The position numbers were made by a program, and so were the translations under genes. A DNA stretch of 64,000 bases from Verrucomicrobiota bacterium (lineage in GTDB: Bacteria > Verrucomicrobiota > Verrucomicrobiia > Chthoniobacterales > JACTMZ01): positions 73,946 through 137,945 of the forward strand of contig JAQBWH010000001.1 in the NCBI GenBank assembly GCA_027624625.1. Reading direction: 5' to 3'. This document shows, piece by piece, positions 59,159-64,000 of this stretch; positions within the stretch are counted from its first letter, which is position 1, and each line of letters begins with the position of its first letter. The notes beneath the pieces are model-generated. The model saw nothing but the letters and a program-made list of their open reading frames with translations, made no database searches and was not told the origin of the DNA.

Positions 59159-62100
59159 TCAGGCCTCCGCCGTCTCCAACTCCTCCGCCGCTTCGTTTCG
59201 CGGGGGCGCCTTCGCCGTGGAAAACTTGCCGGATGAGTCGGTGAATTTCACACCGACCAATTTACTCACCCCCTGTTCTTCCATCGTCACCCCGTAAAGC
59301 ACGTCGGCGCGGGCGATGGTGCGCTTGTTGTGCGTGATGACCAGAAATTGGCTTTGTTGCACGAAGCGGTCGAGCATGGCGAGGAAACGATTGATGTTCG
59401 ACTCGTCGAGCGGGGCATCCATTTCGTCGAGGATGCAAAACGGGCTAGGCTTCACCATGTAGATAGCGAAGAGGAGAGCCACCGCGGTCATGGTGCGCTC
59501 GCCACCGGAAAGCAGCGACACGCTCTGCAACTGTTTGCCCGGCGGCTTGGCGATGATCTCAATACCGCTTTCCAGCGGGTCCCCTTCGTTCATCAGGACC
59601 AAATCGGCTTTGCCGCCAGCGAATAACTCTTTGAAGGTTTCGCGAAAGTTATCGCGGATCTTCAGGAAAGTTTCGGCAAAGAGCACGGTGGTGGTCGCGT
59701 TGATCTTCTTGATCACCTCGAGCAATTCTTCCTTCGATTTGGTCAAGTCCGTGAACTGCTCATCAAGGAAAGTCTGGCGGTCGAGCAGGTCGTCGAATTC
59801 CTGGATGGCATCGATATTGACCGGTCCCATGGAGTCCAGCTTGTCGCGCAATTCATTGACGAAGGTTTCAATTTCCTCCCAATCAAGTTCGGCCGCGATC
59901 CACTCGACCTCAGCCTCCTTGGCTTTTCCGGTCGACTCAACCTCGGCTTCCACCACAAGGACTTCCCCACCCTCCGCTTCCTCCGTGGTTTCACCCTCGG
60001 TTGCTCTGGTTTTGCGCCGCTTGCGATGATCACGCACCGCACAGTGCAGCGCATAGCTGTCGAGTTCGGCCTCGCCGAGTTCGACATGATGCCGGCGACG
60101 AATGTCATCGGCCAAATTCTCCGCCTTGAGCCGCAACTCCGCGGCTTGCACCTCGAACTTGCCCTTCTGCTCCTGCATCTCGCCATGTTCGCGCCGTCGC
60201 TGGCGTAAAGTTTCATCGGCGCTTTGCACTTCGGCCTGCAGGCTGGAGCGTTCTTTTTGCAGCGCATCCAGATCAACCTGCTTGGCACCGAGTTCGGATT
60301 GCCGGGTGGTTGCTTCCTCGACCAGCACCTCGGTCTGCTTGAGCACGAACTTGATCCTTTCCTCCGCGATAGCCTTTTCCCCGTCGCGCTGCCGCACGGT
60401 TTCCTCAAGTTCCTCGATACGGCTGAGCATCGGCGTCCGCTGGGCCTGTAGACTTTGCTCGAGCTGACGCGCCGTGGCCAACTGGACCCGAAGTTCGTTG
60501 AACTGCTCGGCGGCCACCTCTTCCTCTCCAGCTTCACGCTGGGCTTGCTCCATGGCAGCGGCCGATTTGGTATTGAACTCCTCGACTTGCCGCCGTCCGC
60601 CCGCAATGCGGTCGGCGATCTCCTGCGCCTTTTGTTTGGCTGTCCCCAGTTCCAGCGCGGCACGTTCTCGCTCTTCCTGCAAAGCGCCCGAGCGGGTTTT
60701 CGCTTCCTGTAATTCTTTTTCCAGCAGGCTGTGGTTGGCGCGCAGCCCGGCCAGCTCGTTTTGTTTGCCACGCACGTCGGACCGGACTGTCTCGAGTGCT
60801 TCTTTTTGGACGTCGCGGCCGGACAGAACACCAAGCCGCGCCGTCTCATGCCGGGTCATTTCCCCCTGCACCACGGCGAGCTTCTGGCCGAGCGTGGCGA
60901 TTTCGTCACGACGCTGCAGGGCCGAAGTGACACCTTCGCCCGCCCGCCCACCGGTCACGATGCCGCTCGCATCGATCAATTCACCATGCTGCGTGGCGAA
61001 GGCGACCGAGGGATAACGTCCGCGCAGTTCCGCCGCCTGCTCGAGATTGGTGGCCAGCGCCACGCCGTGGAGCACACCACGAACCAAGCGTTGCACGTCC
61101 TCGCTGTCGCAACGCAATCGGTCGGCCGCCCAACCAAGCGACCCTTCGGGTGCTGTTCCAGATTCGGGAAAATGATGGCCATTGGGGCTGACCACGCTGG
61201 CCCGCCCGAGTTTGTGCTCATAGAGGGCTTCGAGAATTTCGCGCGCCGACGTTTTGTCGGTCAGCACAATGGTGTCACCCCGCGATCCCAAGGCCGCTTC
61301 GATGGCAGGCAGGAAGCCGGACTCCACCCGGAGCAAGCTGCCGAGCATGCCGCGCACGGCCGCTTTGAAATGCTCCGGTCGGTCCAAGCCGCGCAGCACA
61401 GCCTGCGCCCCGGGCGCCGCACCCTCGCCTTCCAGGTTGAGCTGTTCAAGGACCTCCAAACGCGATTGGAACTGGTCCAAGGTGCGCTGCGCCGCCGCCA
61501 TTTCCTGCTCGACGCGCTGGCGCTCGAGTTCGCCGCGCTCCAGATCGGCTTCGGCACGGTCGAGCGCTTGCTCGGCGGCCTGTAAAGCTTCGGTGCCGGA
61601 CGCGACTTGCACGGCGGTTTCTTCCCAGCGCTTGCCGGCAGTTGCCTGCCTCTCGAACAATTGACGCCCCTCGTTCTCCAGCGACTCAATCCGGTTCTGC
61701 GTGGCCTCACGCCGCGCCTCGAGTCCGGCCAACTCACCTTGCAGACGCAAAGATTCGTTTTCCACCCGCGAAACTTCGGCCCGCAAGGCCTCGAGCGAGT
61801 GCTGCGAGGATGCGCGGCGTCCGGCACTCTCGCGCAAGCGGGCCTGCAAGGCGTCGAGGGCGGCGGAACGTTCGGAAAGTTCCGCGGACACTTTCGTCAC
61901 CTGCACGTCCGTGCGTCCCATCTCCTCGCGTTGCACGCGCTGACGCTCGCGAGCGGCGGCGATTTCCTCATCGCAACGGGTGATATTCTGACCCAACTGC
62001 TCGCAGGTCTCCTCGTTGTGCGAGGCGCGGCTCTGCGCTTGCACCATCCGGTCGCGGATCAATTGCATCGCCTGACGGGAGTCCTCGACTTGATGCTCGA

Positions 62101-62935
62101 GGTCGGTCAGGCGAACCCGGTGGCCCGCCACCGCCGCTTCGCCGTTCTCCAGTGCCGTGGCGGTTTCGAGCCAGCGGGATTCGAGGGACTTCAGTTTGTC
62201 CTGTAACCCTTTCTGTGTGGAGGTGATCTGGTCGTGCTGGCGACGGACAAAATGAAGCTCGAGAACCTTGAGGTCGGTGGAAAGTGATTGGTAACGGCGC
62301 GCCTTGCCGGCTTGGCGCTGGAGTGAGCCGATCTGGCGTTTGACCTCCCGCATGATGTCGTTGACGCGGATGAGATTGACTTCGGTGTACTCGAGTTTGC
62401 GCAGCGCTTCGCGTTTCTGTGCCTTGAACTTGGTGATGCCCGCCGCTTCTTCGAACACCGCACGCCGGTCCTCCGGACGACTGCTCAGGATCAGGTCGAT
62501 CTTGCCCTGCTCCATGATCGAGTAACTGCTGCGCCCGATACCGGTATCCATAAACAATTCATGGATGTCCCGCAAACGGCAGGCCGTTTTGTTGAGCAAA
62601 TATTCGCCTTTGCCATCGCGGAAAATACGGCGCGTCACGCACACCTCTTCCCACTCGGTGCCGAGGTGCTCGGCACAACCGCCGAAAGTGAGCGAAACCT
62701 CCGCCATGCCGACCGCAGTCCGCGAGTCCGTACCGCTGAAGATGACATCGGCCATCTCGCCCCCGCGCAAAGCTTTGGCCGATTGTTCGCCCAGGCACCA
62801 GCGGATGGCGTCGAGAATGTTCGACTTACCGCAACCATTCGGGCCGACCACCGAAGTGATGCCCTCGTGAAATTCGAGGTGCGTCTTGTTGACGAAAGAT
62901 TTAAAACCTACCAGTTCAAGAGATTTGAGATACAT
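59159..62935 (-). CDS. smc: Chromosome segregation protein SMC
   Basis: Start MYLKSLELVGFKSF. Walker A GPNGCGKSN. Long coiled coils with a central hinge. C-terminal LSGGERTMTAVALLFA and Walker B FCILDEMDAPLD. Confidence 0.95.
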   Translation of the reverse strand: MYLKSLELVGFKSFVNKTHLEFHEGITSVVGPNGCGKSNILDAIRWCLGEQSAKALRGGEMADVIFSGTDSRTAVGMAEVSLTFGGCAEHLGTEWEEVCVTRRIFRDGKGEYLLNKTACRLRDIHELFMDTGIGRSSYSIMEQGKIDLILSSRPEDRRAVFEEAAGITKFKAQKREALRKLEYTEVNLIRVNDIMREVKRQIGSLQRQAGKARRYQSLSTDLKVLELHFVRRQHDQITSTQKGLQDKLKSLESRWLETATALENGEAAVAGHRVRLTDLEHQVEDSRQAMQLIRDRMVQAQSRASHNEETCEQLGQNITRCDEEIAAARERQRVQREEMGRTDVQVTKVSAELSERSAALDALQARLRESAGRRASSQHSLEALRAEVSRVENESLRLQGELAGLEARREATQNRIESLENEGRQLFERQATAGKRWEETAVQVASGTEALQAAEQALDRAEADLERGELERQRVEQEMAAAQRTLDQFQSRLEVLEQLNLEGEGAAPGAQAVLRGLDRPEHFKAAVRGMLGSLLRVESGFLPAIEAALGSRGDTIVLTDKTSAREILEALYEHKLGRASVVSPNGHHFPESGTAPEGSLGWAADRLRCDSEDVQRLVRGVLHGVALATNLEQAAELRGRYPSVAFATQHGELIDASGIVTGGRAGEGVTSALQRRDEIATLGQKLAVVQGEMTRHETARLGVLSGRDVQKEALETVRSDVRGKQNELAGLRANHSLLEKELQEAKTRSGALQEERERAALELGTAKQKAQEIADRIAGGRRQVEEFNTKSAAAMEQAQREAGEEEVAAEQFNELRVQLATARQLEQSLQAQRTPMLSRIEELEETVRQRDGEKAIAEERIKFVLKQTEVLVEEATTRQSELGAKQVDLDALQKERSSLQAEVQSADETLRQRRREHGEMQEQKGKFEVQAAELRLKAENLADDIRRRHHVELGEAELDSYALHCAVRDHRKRRKTRATEGETTEEAEGGEVLVVEAEVESTGKAKEAEVEWIAAELDWEEIETFVNELRDKLDSMGPVNIDAIQEFDDLLDRQTFLDEQFTDLTKSKEELLEVIKKINATTTVLFAETFLKIRDNFRETFKELFAGGKADLVLMNEGDPLESGIEIIAKPPGKQLQSVSLLSGGERTMTAVALLFAIYMVKPSPFCILDEMDAPLDESNINRFLAMLDRFVQQSQFLVITHNKRTIARADVLYGVTMEEQGVSKLVGVKFTDSSGKFSTAKAPPRNEAAEELETAEA

Positions 62936-63042
62936 GGGGAAAATGCTGCAAATTCCATTCTCTAGGCGCCATAATCGCGCTTGGCAACCCAACATACCAC
63001 TAATTGTGGTGCCAGTCGGGCCGCGCCACCTTATCTAGAGCT

Positions 63043-64000
63043 ATGCCCCCAAACGAGACAATTATCTCTTTTTCCGGCAAGACGGACCTCGATCTGTTAT
63101 TCGAGCTCCTCCGTTTTCCCAGCGTTTCGACCAAAGCCGACCACGCACCTCACATGCTGGCCTGCGCCCAATGGCTCCAAGCCCTTCTCCGAGAAAGTGG
63201 CTTCGAGACCGAGGTGTGCGTAACCGGCGGCCACCCCGCGATCTTGGCCCGGGGCCCTCATGTGCCGGGAAGGCCCACCGTGCTCATTTACGGGCATTAT
63301 GACGTCCAACCGGCGGAACCGCTCCATCTCTGGACCTCCCCGCCCTTCGAACCGGCCCTCCGCAACAAACGCGTCTTTGCCCGCGGCTCGACCGACAACA
63401 AGGGACAAATTCTCGCCCACATTCTCGGCGCCAGGCATTTGCTTCGGGAAGAAGGGACCCTGCCGGTCAACCTTATCTTCCTCATCGAGGGCGAGGAAGA
63501 GACGGGCAGCACGCATCTGGATGATTTCATCCGCGCGCGGCGCAACGATCTCCGGTGTGACGTCATCGCCATCTCGGACACCGGCATGGTGGCCGAAGGT
63601 TATCCCACCCTGACCCAAAGCCTGCGCGGCATTGCCGCAATGGAAGTCTTTTTGCGCGGTCCGGTCACTGACTTACACTCGGGAATTTTCGGTGGCGCGG
63701 TGGTCAATCCTGCCGCCGCGTTGGTCAAAATTCTCGCCGCGCTCCACGACCCCCGCGGTCGCGTCGCGGTGCCCGGCTTCTATGACGATGTGGAGAACAT
63801 CCCGGCGGCCGAGCGAGAAATGCTGGCCGCGCTCCCGGTGACTGAAGCCGATTACCAACGCGAGACCGGGGTTCTTCTGCTCGATGGCGAGGAGGGTTAC
63901 TCGAGTCTCGAGCGCATCGGCATCCGCCCCACGGCCGAGATCAATGGGCTGACCAGCGGCTACCAGGGCGAAGGAACCAAAACCGTCCTCCCTTCCACCG
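63043..64000 (+). CDS. M20-family metallopeptidase (dipeptidase/ArgE/DapE-like), 3' end outside the window
   Basis: Not in the ORF track because there is no stop before the window edge. My translation from the ATG at 63043 gives LIYGHYDVQP, RGSTDNKGQ and LIEGEEETGS, the M20 metal-ligand motifs. Confidence 0.85.
   Translation, partial: MPPNETIISFSGKTDLDLLFELLRFPSVSTKADHAPHMLACAQWLQALLRESGFETEVCVTGGHPAILARGPHVPGRPTVLIYGHYDVQPAEPLHLWTSPPFEPALRNKRVFARGSTDNKGQILAHILGARHLLREEGTLPVNLIFLIEGEEETGSTHLDDFIRARRNDLRCDVIAISDTGMVAEGYPTLTQSLRGIAAMEVFLRGPVTDLHSGIFGGAVVNPAAALVKILAALHDPRGRVAVPGFYDDVENIPAAEREMLAALPVTEADYQRETGVLLLDGEEGYSSLERIGIRPTAEINGLTSGYQGEGTKTVLPST

Overview
High-GC (about 60-65% by eye), gene-dense chromosomal window. 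Several PEP-CTERM sorting signals, many signal-peptide or lipoprotein genes and frequent 1-4 nt stop/start overlaps suggest a Verrucomicrobiota (Opitutales-like) genome; that is an inference only. Most long ORFs opposite real genes are high-GC shadow ORFs. Core genes: gltB (5'-truncated by the window) and gltD, ilvD plus a HAD hydrolase, a secreted Bcp peroxiredoxin, gcvT-gcvH-gcvP, a ClC channel, glutamate decarboxylase, NDH-2, an ABC-F ATPase, smc and an M20 peptidase (3'-truncated by the window). RNA genes: tRNA-Leu(CAA) and tRNA-Lys(UUU). The most interesting locus is 14.4-21.6 kb. A Cache hybrid histidine kinase, a stand-alone receiver, an H-box/DHp-REC-PP2C phosphatase, an RsbW-like serine kinase and three STAS proteins sit together with no sigma factor or other evident output gene. 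One of the STAS proteins is fused to a ~320-aa domain I cannot assign. Other notable loci: (1) four full choloylglycine-hydrolase-family (Ntn, Cys-nucleophile) paralogues plus one fragment, three of them in tandem behind an outer-membrane barrel gene; (2) a cupin-like protein translationally coupled to a CbpA-type J-protein; (3) an AaeX/AaeA-like pair followed by a K-channel-like protein with a degenerate filter, with a FUSC/AaeB-like gene divergent; (4) a low-GC BspA-type LRR gene next to tRNA-Lys that replaces the 5' part of a PEP-CTERM gene; (5) a RelE/ParE toxin-antitoxin pair bracketed by palindromic repeats; (6) several gene fragments. No CRISPR array, intact IS element or rRNA was seen.
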